A stretch of DNA of 32,000 nucleotides from assembly GCF_000008385.1 (NCBI RefSeq), contig NC_006833.1, positions 660,001 through 692,000 on the forward strand, given 5' to 3'. Numbering within the stretch: position 1 is the first letter of the stretch; every line of letters begins with the position of its first letter. Origin of the DNA: Wolbachia endosymbiont strain TRS of Brugia malayi (GTDB lineage: Bacteria; Pseudomonadota; Alphaproteobacteria; Rickettsiales; Anaplasmataceae). A model generated the notes under the pieces. It had not been told where the DNA came from and searched no databases. It worked only from the letters and a program-made list of their open reading frames with translations. Below are positions 10,960-20,574 of the stretch, one piece after another. The translations under genes and the position numbers were made by a program.

Positions 10960-11250
10960 TACAAGAGATATCACTAGGGTTTCTTTTGCCCTTTTTCTTC
11001 CTAAGAAACTTCTTCAACCAACTCCTCTTGTTGAACCAACATATAACCAAATTCCTGTGCCCTTTTGATCAAATTTTTCACACTTTCTTTTTATAACGTG
11101 TTTCATAGTAGCTTATACCTCTTTCCACATATCCTTGTCCACATTTCAACATTTGATAGAAGATACGTGCTAACTTTCTTGTAGTAGCAGTAATTGCCTC
11201 TGGGGTTCTTAAAAACTTAAATTAAGGAGCTTCTTCCTGGTTTGACAGAT
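10960..11250 (-). pseudogene. Transposase-like C-terminal remnant (family unresolved)
   Basis: The reverse strand reads LRTPEAITATTRKLARIFYQMLKCGQGYVERGISYYETRYKKKV..I..KGHRNLVI, resembling transposase C-termini of the 'TA.KLARI.Y.ML..G..YV..G...YE.RY' type. No start or intact frame. Confidence 0.45.
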
Positions 11251-11289
11251 TTCTTCCGTCCGGTGCTACTTGGTAAATTTCTTAATATT

Positions 11290-11492
11290 TATAGCCACCG
11301 ATAACTGCCGCTTGTCAGCAGCTGAAGGATACCGTGAGTGAATCGCAGTATGACATAGGGGCTGCCGATATCCAGCACGTAAAGCTGGCTTCTCATACTG
11401 GAAAATCATGAGGCAACAGAAATAGTAAATAAATTTACCAGATTCCAGTGTCATACACTGGGACGACAGAGGAAAGAGGCACTGGAGCAATA
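11290..11492 (+). repeat. Composite palindromic repeat sequences
   Basis: Contains hairpin ccagc-acgtaaa-gctgg, a second imperfect ataccg...cagtat arm pair, and attccagtgtcatacactgggacgacag...ggcactggagcaatag, which resembles the element at 13.69 kb. Confidence 0.5.
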
Positions 11493-12258
11493 GAGGGTAG
11501 CACAAAAAATTTAGTAATTTACATACAAATAATGTTTTCTATTGTAATTTAGAGTATATATTAATTTATTAATAAAATTAACCAATAGACATTATAATAT
11601 TAATAACTGCAAACTTATCGAAAGATTTCCATGAGTGAAAAAAATGTGTTTTTAAGATAGCAAAAGGTAGCCTAATAGAAACTGATGGCAAAAAGTGTTA
11701 CAAGGTAAAATTAGTAGAGAAAAATCTTCTCGGAGAGATAGAGCAAGAAGTCACATTCAATGAACATTTGCAGCACATTATAAAAATATATAATATCTGG
11801 GTGAGCATGATCCTAATGATGACTATAAAAATCAAATTTTCTGCTATTCTCATTGAAAATGAAACTTGATCGGTGTCCAACATGGTACGTAATGTGGCAT
11901 ATAATCCAATCGTAACTGATATAATATTAAGATTAGAATAGTTAAATACCATTTAAAGCTTGTTAACAAGTGAAATATTAATTTTTATAGGGAGATATAA
12001 CTCTACCTGACTCGTCGTTAAAATCTCATGTAAATAACCTACAATTAAAAGAATATTATGAAAAGCAGTCTGAGAAGGGAAAAGCTATACTGTATATTGA
12101 CTATGGTAATCCGGTACTGGCCGTTAGAGATTTACAAAAACAGATTGTTTGTGGACTACATGATAAAGCGTTGCCTGTAACAGATAAAATGAAACCCATG
12201 ATTTATAGACAAGGATGCCCTAATCCAGGTAAAAAGTAGGAGATTCTAAGTATGTACT

Positions 12259-13055
12259 GTGATAAAAAATGAACCGGACTTAATGATTCCCTTATCTATT
12301 TTTCAAGATAGGAAAAGTACGTTACAAAACTCACAAAGCCCACTTGACATTATATTCCAATCTTGCGAATCTGTAATTATTGAAAATCTGACAGATATCC
12401 AAATCCAAAGTTTAGCAGATCAACTAACTAATCATCAATTAAAGATCCTTACAAAAGATCTTAATAGCTACCAACTTCAAGCCCCAGCAGAACACCTAAC
12501 TGATGGTCAACCATATCTAACAAGAGATTTATCTGACCACCATTTAACCATCCTTTCCAAGGAACTGTAGCATGATCAACTTCAATTCCCAGTTCTACTT
12601 TAGAAGAAGATAAATTAAAGAATTTAGTTAACAACTGGATCATGAGAGCTCGCAGCAATAGCTCATGATTTAACCAATCATGTCAGAATCGGAGTTATAA
12701 TCGATTACCTAACCACTAACCAGAAAAACTTCAGACTTTTGCTAACAGTATATCTGATCAACAATTTGCAGAACTTTTAAACAATCTAAATGCAGAAGAT
12801 CTAAAAGATGTTCTTCATAAGCTGCCCTATGAGAAAGTCATATCTGTGGTTGTTCAATCAGGCGATAAAAGTCAACTTGATGCTGTTGCTGAGATGTTGA
12901 TAGAAAAGTTTGAGGAGCAGAACAAAAAAAATAAAAAAGTTATTGAGATACTCAAGCAAATCAAGGAGGATACATCAGGTCTCTTAGAAGCTCAGGATTT
13001 TACAATAGCGGAAGAAATAACGATCCAATGCTACTTCCATAGTAGCAATTTATGA
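12259..13055 (+). pseudogene. Decayed protein gene with tandem 12-aa L(T/S)(D/N)xQLxxLxxx repeats and a charged C-terminal region
   Basis: ORF 12259-12570 contains LTDIQIQSLADQ/LTNHQLKILTKD/LNSYQLQAPAEH/LTDGQPYLTRD/LSDHHLTILSKE. After stops and frameshifts, coding resumes in frame with 12846-13055: ISDQQFAELLNNLNAEDLKDVLHKLPYEKVISVVVQSGDKSQLDAVAEMLIEKFEEQNKKNKKVIEILKQIKEDTSG. Confidence 0.55.
12388..12567 (+). repeat. Approximately 36-nt / 12-aa tandem coding repeat, about five units
   Basis: Read directly from the translated ORF; consensus L(T/S)(D/N)xQLxxLxxx. Confidence 0.7.
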
Positions 13056-13585
13056 GAATTAATTTCTCATAGGAATAACTTATTATGAGTAAAAATAATG
13101 CAAAATTATATTCTAGTGAAGAAGTTTCACAGTAAAATAAAATTACAACAACTTCAGAAACCTAAGTTTGACAAACCAAATTTCGTAAACTCAGAAGTAG
13201 GGAAAACAATTGATACAAAGACCAGTAAGATATTTGACATAACTCAGGAAATGAAGCAAAAAGATATGGATGATATACCGTGAATGCAAGTGTAAGTGCA
13301 AAATACCTAAAAAAGCTTTACGATGGCTTGATGGGAAGTATTCATAAGTATAACGAAGATGCAAGAGCTGAGACTATAAATAAAATAATAAAACACTGTC
13401 ATCAGCTATAGATAATATAGGGCAAAATACAAGCAAAATAGACAGTGAACTTAGAATATTCAAAATGAAGTTTAAGCAAGCTTCGTGATAAGATGCCAGG
13501 TCTTTTAGAAGCTCCCCAATTACCTTATACTATCGGAGAAGAGAATGGATTGTTTCAACAAAAAGTAATAGTCCTCTCTTCCCTT

Positions 13586-13735
13586 TTATTCTGGCATTGA
13601 CGCTGAGTTACTTTGATAATAGTGTCATGAAAGTAACTGTTTTTTAATAGAGTATAACGTTTTTAATGATTATGAAAAACTGGATCTCAGTGTCAAGGCA
13701 CTGGGATGATAAGAGAAGGAGGCACTGGAATAATA
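13586..13735 (+). repeat. Intergenic palindromic repeat element related to the murD insertion
   Basis: Outer arms ttattctgg / tggaataata, inner core ctggatctcagtgtcaaggcactgggatgataagag, plus internal perfect inverted repeat agttacttt...aaagtaact (13606-13638). Confidence 0.6.
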
Positions 13736-14180
13736 CCCTTTCTAGCAAATCTAGGTGATAAACCCTTCCTGATTATTTTTCTATACATCTTTATCAACAC
13801 ATTATGTGGAAGTTAAAGGGCGCTTTTGTATATTCAATTGGCTTCCAGTTGCATCCCTCACATGTGTAGTCAAATTTCTCTAAAGACGTTTTTTCCCTGA
13901 TTCTTTTTACTGCTTCACTCCAAGTCAAAGTTTCTCTAATTTTTATTCTTAAAACCTCATATACCTTCTGTCCAGTTCTAAAACTTTAGCTTGTGTAGTG
14001 CATTTATCTTGCTGAGTCTTGGTTTAGACAAGCACTACAGATACTATCAAGATTACCAGTTACTTTAATTTGAGTATTGGGATCAGTGATTACTTTACTG
14101 CTATCTTTCTGTAACTTTCTATAAAATCTTGAAGATATCCATATCCTTGCAACGCAAGAGCTTATATGAAATAGTGAGGA

Positions 14181-14717
14181 CTAAATCTTATCATTCCTCA
14201 AATATCGTAAAGCTGCTACGAGTAGTAAAATCTTTACCAAACCAGAAAAGATAAACGGTAGCATGCCAACCATTATTGCTTGTTTCAGACCTACGTGAAT
14301 AGCAAGCCAACTGACACCACAAATAAAGATTACGGCTGTACCAGCCAGGCAGTTCAGAGAATTGCATATAAGTGACTCATATTTAGAATTCAGCGATTCG
14401 TTCACTTTACTCATCACTATAACAGCAGCTAAAAAGCCAACTAAGTATCCACCTGTTGGCCTGAGAAAAGTGTGATAGCCACCAAGAAAATCTGCAAAAA
14501 CAGGTAATCCTGCCGCACCAAGTGATAAATACGTAAGTACAGAAAAAAACGCTGCCCTGCAGTTAAACTTAAGTCCAATAAGCATCACTCCTAAACTTTG
14601 CAGTGTAATAGGCACGGGTTTTAATGGTATGTTTATTTGAGCTGTTAGAAATAAGAGCAAAACACAAAAGAAGACCTCGATTAACGCCGATTTACTGCTA
14701 GATTGCGTTGTAAACAT
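14181..14717 (-). CDS. bioY: Biotin transporter BioY
   Basis: 178 aa multi-TM protein with LTAQINIPLKPVPITLQSLGVMLIG, YLSLGAAGLPVFADFLGG and RPTGGYLVGFLAAV, signature BioY motifs. Confidence 0.93.
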   Translation of the reverse strand: MFTTQSSSKSALIEVFFCVLLLFLTAQINIPLKPVPITLQSLGVMLIGLKFNCRAAFFSVLTYLSLGAAGLPVFADFLGGYHTFLRPTGGYLVGFLAAVIVMSKVNESLNSKYESLICNSLNCLAGTAVIFICGVSWLAIHVGLKQAIMVGMLPFIFSGLVKILLLVAALRYLRNDKI

Positions 14718-14881
14718 ACTCCTCTAAGTAAAAACATATTAAAGCTAATTATATTTTAGGAGCTTTGCAACTTAAATCTTGCTTTTGTTGCTCATAATTA
14801 TATTCCTTGTGTGGAACAAAAAGGTTAAACTTTTTTTAATATTCTACTATATATAGTTAATTTTTTTGTTAAGGATTAAAA

Positions 14882-15418
14882 ATGATAAGTAAAGAAGATC
14901 TACTGGAGTTGATGAAAATAAGGCACAGCAGACGTTCATATGGTCAAAGTAAATTAGCACATCAGGAAGAAATAAATATGCTGATAGAAACTGCATGGTT
15001 ATCTCCCTCACGTTATGGTGACGAGCCCTGGAGACAAGTGATATGCAATAGACAAAGCAATCAAGATGCATGGGAAAAATTACTGAGTTGCCCTACTGAA
15101 CCCAACCAAAAGTGGGCAAAAGATACACAAATACTAATTATATCATTGAGCACTAAAAATTTCCATGATCATACAAAAATAGTAAATTTTTGGGGCAGCC
15201 ACGATACTGGTATAGCAAATTATACATTTATGCTACAGAGCTACATCTATGAATTTAATGCTCATCAGATGAGTAGATTTGATAGGAATAAAATAGTAAA
15301 AAATTCAATATACCAGATGATTTTAATATAATGTAAGTAATAGCGGTTGATTACGAAGAAAAGGGTGCTGAAATCAAGGAAAAGACAAGAAAGCCAATAG
15401 AGGAAATGTTTTTATAAT
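14882..15418 (+). pseudogene. Nitroreductase family protein, frameshifted near the C-terminus
   Basis: ORF 14882-15331 has IRHSRRSYGQSKLAHQEEINMLIETAWLSPSRYGDEPWRQVIC. The conserved tail VIAVDYEEKGAEIKEKTRKPIEEMFL follows in another frame after stops at about 15329-15336. Confidence 0.7.
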
Positions 15419-16196
15419 GAGTAGCCAAAGTCCTAAAAGAATGTATGGTACTGGTAACAATTTCGTTATCATAGACTCACGCTCGATAAACAACTTGAAT
15501 TGGAATTATAGAGAAATTGCCAATCAAAATGGCTGTGACCAAATTATAGTAATAACCAACTCCAGTGCAGCTGATTGCTTTATGCACATTTATAATGCTG
15601 ACGGTGGTGAAGTCGAAATGTGCGGAAACGCAGCACGTTGCGTTGGATATTTAATAATGTCAGAAAAAAGTACTGAGTATGCCACCATCGAGTTAGTAAA
15701 CAAGCGCATTTTAGAGTGCTTCAAAGTGGGTGGCAGATCCATAAAGGTCAATATGGGCAAACCACTGTTTAAGTGGCATGAAATTCCTCTTTCCGCTAAG
15801 TGTGATCCACTTCATTTACCCATAGAGCTTGAGATGCTAAAAGATCCAGTTGCAGTAAATATTGGTAATCCGCACATGGTTTTTTTTGTTGATAACATAA
15901 GCGAAATACCGTTGCAAAGCTTAGGACCAAAGCTAGAAAAGCATACATTATTTCCCAAGAAAGTGAATGTTAACATTGCGCAAGTTGAAAAATCTGGGGA
16001 AATATCTTTAAGAGTTTGGGAAAGAGGTACAGGTATCACTGCCTCATGTGGTAGTGCAGCCTGTGCAGCACTTATTGCATCCGTGCTTCGTGGATACTTG
16101 ATTACTCGACAGACCTCAGTGAATTTGCCAGGAGGCAAATTACTAATCGAGTGGCCAGATAACATATTTATGACTGGCGATATAGGATTTCTATAG
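15417..16196 (+). CDS. dapF: Diaminopimelate epimerase
   Basis: 259 aa with MYGTGNNFVIIDSR, YNADGGEVEMCGNAARC, GNPHMVFFV, WERGTGITASCGSAACAAL; both active-site Cys motifs are present. Confidence 0.96.
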   Translation: MSSQSPKRMYGTGNNFVIIDSRSINNLNWNYREIANQNGCDQIIVITNSSAADCFMHIYNADGGEVEMCGNAARCVGYLIMSEKSTEYATIELVNKRILECFKVGGRSIKVNMGKPLFKWHEIPLSAKCDPLHLPIELEMLKDPVAVNIGNPHMVFFVDNISEIPLQSLGPKLEKHTLFPKKVNVNIAQVEKSGEISLRVWERGTGITASCGSAACAALIASVLRGYLITRQTSVNLPGGKLLIEWPDNIFMTGDIGFL

Positions 16197-16203
16197 CCCC
16201 AGT

Positions 16204-17091
16204 TTAGGCAACATGAGCCTTATGCATCACTTCCAAAATTTTTTTGCCAATCATCGCAGGAGTTTCCGCAATTGCAATACCAGCACTGCTCATAACTTCT
16301 AGCTTTGCACCAGCACTTCCTCCACTAGAAGAGATAATTGCCCCAGCGTGTCCCATGCGTCTCCCTGGAGGTGCCGTTTGACCAGCTATAAATCCAACAA
16401 TTGGCTTTTTAGTTTTTTCTGTCTTCACAAAATGTGATACATCCTCTTCCTCATTTCCGCCTATCTCACCAATGACTACAATACCATGAGTATCCTCATC
16501 TTTTAAAAATAGTTCCATACAGTCAACGAACGTCATACCATGAATAGGGTCTCCTCCAATTCCAATGCATGTTGACTGACCAGGTCCAACAGCGGTTGTT
16601 TGCGCCACTGCTTCATAAGTTAAAGTCCCAGAACGAGACATAATTCCTATATGCCCACGCTTGTGAATATGTCCTGGCATGATTCCTATTTTGCATTCTT
16701 CAGGTGTAATAATTCCAGGACAGTTAGGACCAATCAATCGACTTTTTGAACTAATAAGCGCATGCTTAACCCTTACCATATCAAGTATAGGAATACCCTC
16801 TGTAATACAAACTATCAACTCTATCTCTGCATCTATTGCCTCGAGTATTGCAGCAGCAGCAAACTTAGCAGGTACATATATAACCGTAGCATTCGCATCA
16901 GTTTTTTCTTTAGCTTCTGCTACAGTATTAAAGACTGGTAAATTGAGATGAGAGCTTCCACCCTTTCCAGGGGTTACACCACCAACCATCTTTGTCCCGT
17001 AGCTGATAGCTTGCTCTGAATGAAATGTACCCTGTGCACCAGTAAAACCCTGGCATATTAATCTTGTATCTTTGCCTACTAAAACAGACAT
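16204..17091 (-). CDS. sucD: Succinate--CoA ligase alpha subunit
   Basis: 295 aa with [55 protein letters not shown] (phospho-His motif). Confidence 0.98.
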   Translation of the reverse strand: MSVLVGKDTRLICQGFTGAQGTFHSEQAISYGTKMVGGVTPGKGGSSHLNLPVFNTVAEAKEKTDANATVIYVPAKFAAAAILEAIDAEIELIVCITEGIPILDMVRVKHALISSKSRLIGPNCPGIITPEECKIGIMPGHIHKRGHIGIMSRSGTLTYEAVAQTTAVGPGQSTCIGIGGDPIHGMTFVDCMELFLKDEDTHGIVVIGEIGGNEEEDVSHFVKTEKTKKPIVGFIAGQTAPPGRRMGHAGAIISSSGGSAGAKLEVMSSAGIAIAETPAMIGKKILEVMHKAHVA

Positions 17092-17094
17092 GCT

Positions 17095-18255
17095 TTATTC
17101 CACCTCTTTTACTATCTTCTGCGCAGCTTCATCGAGTTCATCTGCAGCAATAATATTTAATCCTGATTCTTCCAAGATTCTTTTTCCTTTCTCAAAGTTA
17201 GTACCTGATAACCTAACCACTAGGGGAACTTTAATGCTCATTCCTTTTGCAGCTTCAACAATTCCACTTGCAATAATATCACAACGCATTATACCACCAA
17301 ATATGTTAACTAAAATTCCTTTTACGTTACTATCAGACAATATAATTTTAAACGCTTCGGTGACAGTCTCTTTGCTTGCTCCGCCACCAACATCTAAAAA
17401 GTTGGCAGGTTCTGCTCCATAATATTTTATTATATCCATTGTTGCCATAGCAAGACCTGCACCATTTACCATGCAACCAATATTGCCGTCCATTTTTATG
17501 TAACTAAGCCCATGCTTTGAAGCTTCTATCTCTTCTTTCACTTCTTCATCATAATCACGGAGTTCCACAATCTCCGGATGGCGGTATAGAGCGTTGTCGT
17601 CAAAACTTATTTTAGCATCAAGCGCAATAAAATCTCCAGAATTTGTTTCAACTAGTGGGTTAATCTCGATTTGGTTTGCGTCAGTTGCAATAAATGTGTC
17701 ATATATATTTTTTGCAACATTTGTTATTTTTTCTATTTGTTCTGGACTTAAGTTAAAAATGTTGCTTAGTTTTCTGCTATCAAAACTTGCGAAATCAGCA
17801 GCATAATCAATATCAAGCTTCACAATTTTCGTGGGAAAATTTTTTGCAACTTCCTCAATATCCATTCCACCTTCTGAGGAAAATATGAACGCCGGCCTAC
17901 TGAGCTTTGGGTCAATTACTATGCTTAAATAATATTCCTTTTTAATGCTAGAGCCTTCTTCAATGTATACCCTTCTTACTTGCTGTCCATTTGGTCCTGT
18001 TTGATGAGTAACTAAAGTTATGCCAAGCATACCCTTTACAAACTGTTGAGCCTCTTCAGCCGACTTTGCCAATTTTACGCCACCAGCTTTACCCCTACCA
18101 CCTGCATGAATTTGAGCTTTGACTACAAGCACATCGGACTTTAATTGATTTATTTTGGTTTCCGCTTCTTCTGCAGACATAGCAACAAAACCCTTTGGCA
18201 CTGGAACATTAAATTTATGCAAAATCTCTTTTGCCTGATATTCGTGAATATTCAT
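17095..18255 (-). CDS. sucC: Succinate--CoA ligase beta subunit
   Basis: 386 aa with [65 protein letters not shown]; ends 3 nt before sucD. Confidence 0.98.
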   Translation of the reverse strand: MNIHEYQAKEILHKFNVPVPKGFVAMSAEEAETKINQLKSDVLVVKAQIHAGGRGKAGGVKLAKSAEEAQQFVKGMLGITLVTHQTGPNGQQVRRVYIEEGSSIKKEYYLSIVIDPKLSRPAFIFSSEGGMDIEEVAKNFPTKIVKLDIDYAADFASFDSRKLSNIFNLSPEQIEKITNVAKNIYDTFIATDANQIEINPLVETNSGDFIALDAKISFDDNALYRHPEIVELRDYDEEVKEEIEASKHGLSYIKMDGNIGCMVNGAGLAMATMDIIKYYGAEPANFLDVGGGASKETVTEAFKIILSDSNVKGILVNIFGGIMRCDIIASGIVEAAKGMSIKVPLVVRLSGTNFEKGKRILEESGLNIIAADELDEAAQKIVKEVE

Positions 18256-18283
18256 AAAACAACCAATGATAAATTATTAAAAA

Positions 18284-18484
18284 TTACCAACCGTAGCGCT
18301 GCCTTCTACTTTCTTGTTGGCGCTTCTTTTTTTTAGCTTCAGCTTTCTTTTTAGCTCTCTTTTCTGACTTTTTTTCATGATATTGTTTTTTCATCTTCAT
18401 CCCTCTTCCTTCCTTTTGAATTGTTTTTTTCAATACCGGAAAAGCCCTATCTACATTACCATAATGAACTGATACTTCAATCAA
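18284..18484 (-). CDS. rpsU: 30S ribosomal protein S21
   Basis: 66 aa, MIEVSVHYGNVDRAFPVLKKTIQKEG, then basic KKAEAKKKKRQQ tail typical of S21. Confidence 0.85.
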   Translation of the reverse strand: MIEVSVHYGNVDRAFPVLKKTIQKEGRGMKMKKQYHEKKSEKRAKKKAEAKKKKRQQESRRQRYGW

Positions 18485-18621
18485 ACTTTATACCTCCTTC
18501 GGTAATCATCTCAAAAGCTTATTTATAAATTAGAAAATTAACATTGTCAATTATTTTATAAACTTAACTGTAACATGGCCAGAATGTGAAGGCTCAAAAG
18601 CGTGAAGCTCCCCGCCAAAAA

Positions 18622-18695
18622 TCGGGGCGGAGAGATTTGAACTCCCGACCCTTTGGTCCCAAACCAAATGCGCTACCAGACTGCGCTACGCCCCG
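18622..18695 (-). tRNA. tRNA-Pro (anticodon TGG)
   Basis: The reverse complement CGGGGCGTAGCGCAGTCTGGTAGCGCATTTGGTTTGGGACCAAAGGGTCGGGAGTTCAAATCTCTCCGCCCCGA folds as a cloverleaf: acceptor CGGGGCG/CGCCCCG, anticodon loop TTTGGGA, T-loop GTTCAAATC. CCA is not encoded. Confidence 0.95.
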
Positions 18696-18903
18696 ACTTC
18701 TTTATTCAGAATATCAGTAACTCAGCAAAACGCAAGGGGCATTTATTTAATAAAAAACATTCACAATAAATATGTCCAGTTATTGCCTTTAGACTTGGTA
18801 ATTCCTCTATTTTGTCATTTTTAGGGGAAACTACCACTTTTTCTTTCTCTTTATTTTTTTTTCATCCATATTATTTTATTAAGGCTGTGATGAAGATCTT
18901 TAT

Positions 18904-20115
18904 GAAAGAAAAAATTACTACCTATTTATAACAATAATTGTAATGATGAGCGTTATAGGATTAATGTCTTCAGATATTTACCTATCCGCATTGCCAGTAA
19001 TGGCAGAGTATTTCCACGTGGAACCACAAGACATACAGACCACTCTAAGTATACATCGCTTAATTTATCTCTTGTACAAATAACTTATGGTTCCTTATCA
19101 GATAGGTTTGGACACAGATTATTATTATAATTAGGTGCTGCTATTTATGTTGTATTTTCTGGACTTTGTATAATATCTACTAGCGTTAAAGCCTTGGTAA
19201 TTTTCGCTCTTTTCAAGCAATAGGAGCATGCTCCGGTATGGTGTTAGGAAGAACAACTGTTGGTGATTTATTTAAATAAAAAAGAAGAAACAGCGCAAAT
19301 TTTTGAAGTATATTTTCAATTATTGGCCATGTCACCAGCCATATCTCCTATAATTAGAGGACTCCTTGCAGCTTATTTTAACTGGCGGGCTAATTTTCTT
19401 TTTTCAGTAATCATTTGAATTATATTGATGGTTATCATAGTCATTCCGTTCAGAGAAACCTTACCCAAAAATAAAAGAATCAGCATATCCATTACAGGCC
19501 TTATAACACACCATAAGGAAATGCTATGCAACCGGATCTATTAGCATACAGTACAATTGTATTGTGCGGCTTACTGTACTTACTTCGCCCACTTAGTCAA
19601 CTTTCCATTTATCTTTAGTAAATTAGAGTTCAATCCAGGTAGCATAGGTTTCTTCTATATTACCATAGCTTTATTATATGTATTAGGCAACGTGTTAAGT
19701 AAAAAAATAATAAAAACCAGCACTATAGATAACGCGTTGTTATTAGGTACAATAATCTTTACCATTAGTGGGTCAGTGATGTTTATTTTAGCTTGGAATA
19801 CAACTAGTAATCCACTAGAAATTATTATTTCTATAACTATTCTAATATCAGGCAATAGATCTTTTTTTTCCACTTGGTGCAGCGAGCGTAATGTCAATCT
19901 TTCCTAAGATGGCTAGAACTGCTTCTGGTCTTAATGGGCCTCATGTCACTCAGTGCCGCCTCTATATTATCAGTAGCTGCAGGTCATATCTTAAATGAGT
20001 TAATTCTTTTTATTCTAATAATGAAGAATAGGTTGAAGCAAAAGAAAGAATTTTCTACAAAAAATCTTTAACTAGACAGGGTTTTGAAGGAGCCATGCTT
20101 CTTGTGATTAATTCA
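18904..20115 (+). pseudogene. Bcr/CflA-like MFS drug-resistance transporter, multiply frameshifted
   Basis: MMSVIGLMSSDIYLSALPVMAEYFHVEPQDIQTTLSI, then LVQITYGSLSDRFGHRLLL in another frame, then AMSPAISPIIRGLLAAYFNWRANFLFSV, then LVNFPFIFSKLEFNPGSIGFFYITIALLYVLGNVLSKK; colinear with MFS multidrug transporters but broken. Confidence 0.8.
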
Positions 20116-20574
20116 AAAGTAGGAATATTTTAAAGGTGACACTTTATTTACAGTTCTTCATTTGTTAGCTTTGTTTCCTATTGTTGCAATAAGGTCTATA
20201 AACTTACATAAATCCAAAACTTTATTTTTAGCGCATACTTCTATTACTATAACCTCCATGAATCATACAGTTAAAGTGATATATCAGTAATTGTATATCT
20301 ACAACCTCCTACTATTCTATATTCAACATGAACTTATTTTAAAGTTGGGAATTTTAGGGTTCTTTCTTAACCATTTCATTTCTATATCAGAATGTCTAAA
20401 ATTACAGCCTGTTTCATATTTGTACCTTATTCTTTCTACATTGGTACCAACAATTTTTCTAGTATTAGTCTTTAACTCTTCTTTTTTATTTATCACTGTG
20501 TTAGCTTCCAAGGATTTATATTTGTTTATTTTTTCTCTCATTGACTTTTTCTATCTTGCACTAGCCCATGGTAA

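Noticed and set aside
11266-11505. Minus-strand 79 aa ORF
   Set aside because: Covers repetitive hairpin sequence and has no protein-family signal.
12388-12567. 36-nt periodicity considered as a CRISPR array
   Set aside because: No alternating conserved repeats and unique spacers. The periodicity is within a protein-coding tandem repeat, and no cas genes were found.
15812-16165. Minus-strand 117 aa ORF opposite dapF
   Set aside because: Antisense shadow of an intact dapF.
16679-17806. Plus-strand ORFs opposite sucD/sucC
   Set aside because: Antisense shadows of conserved succinyl-CoA ligase genes.
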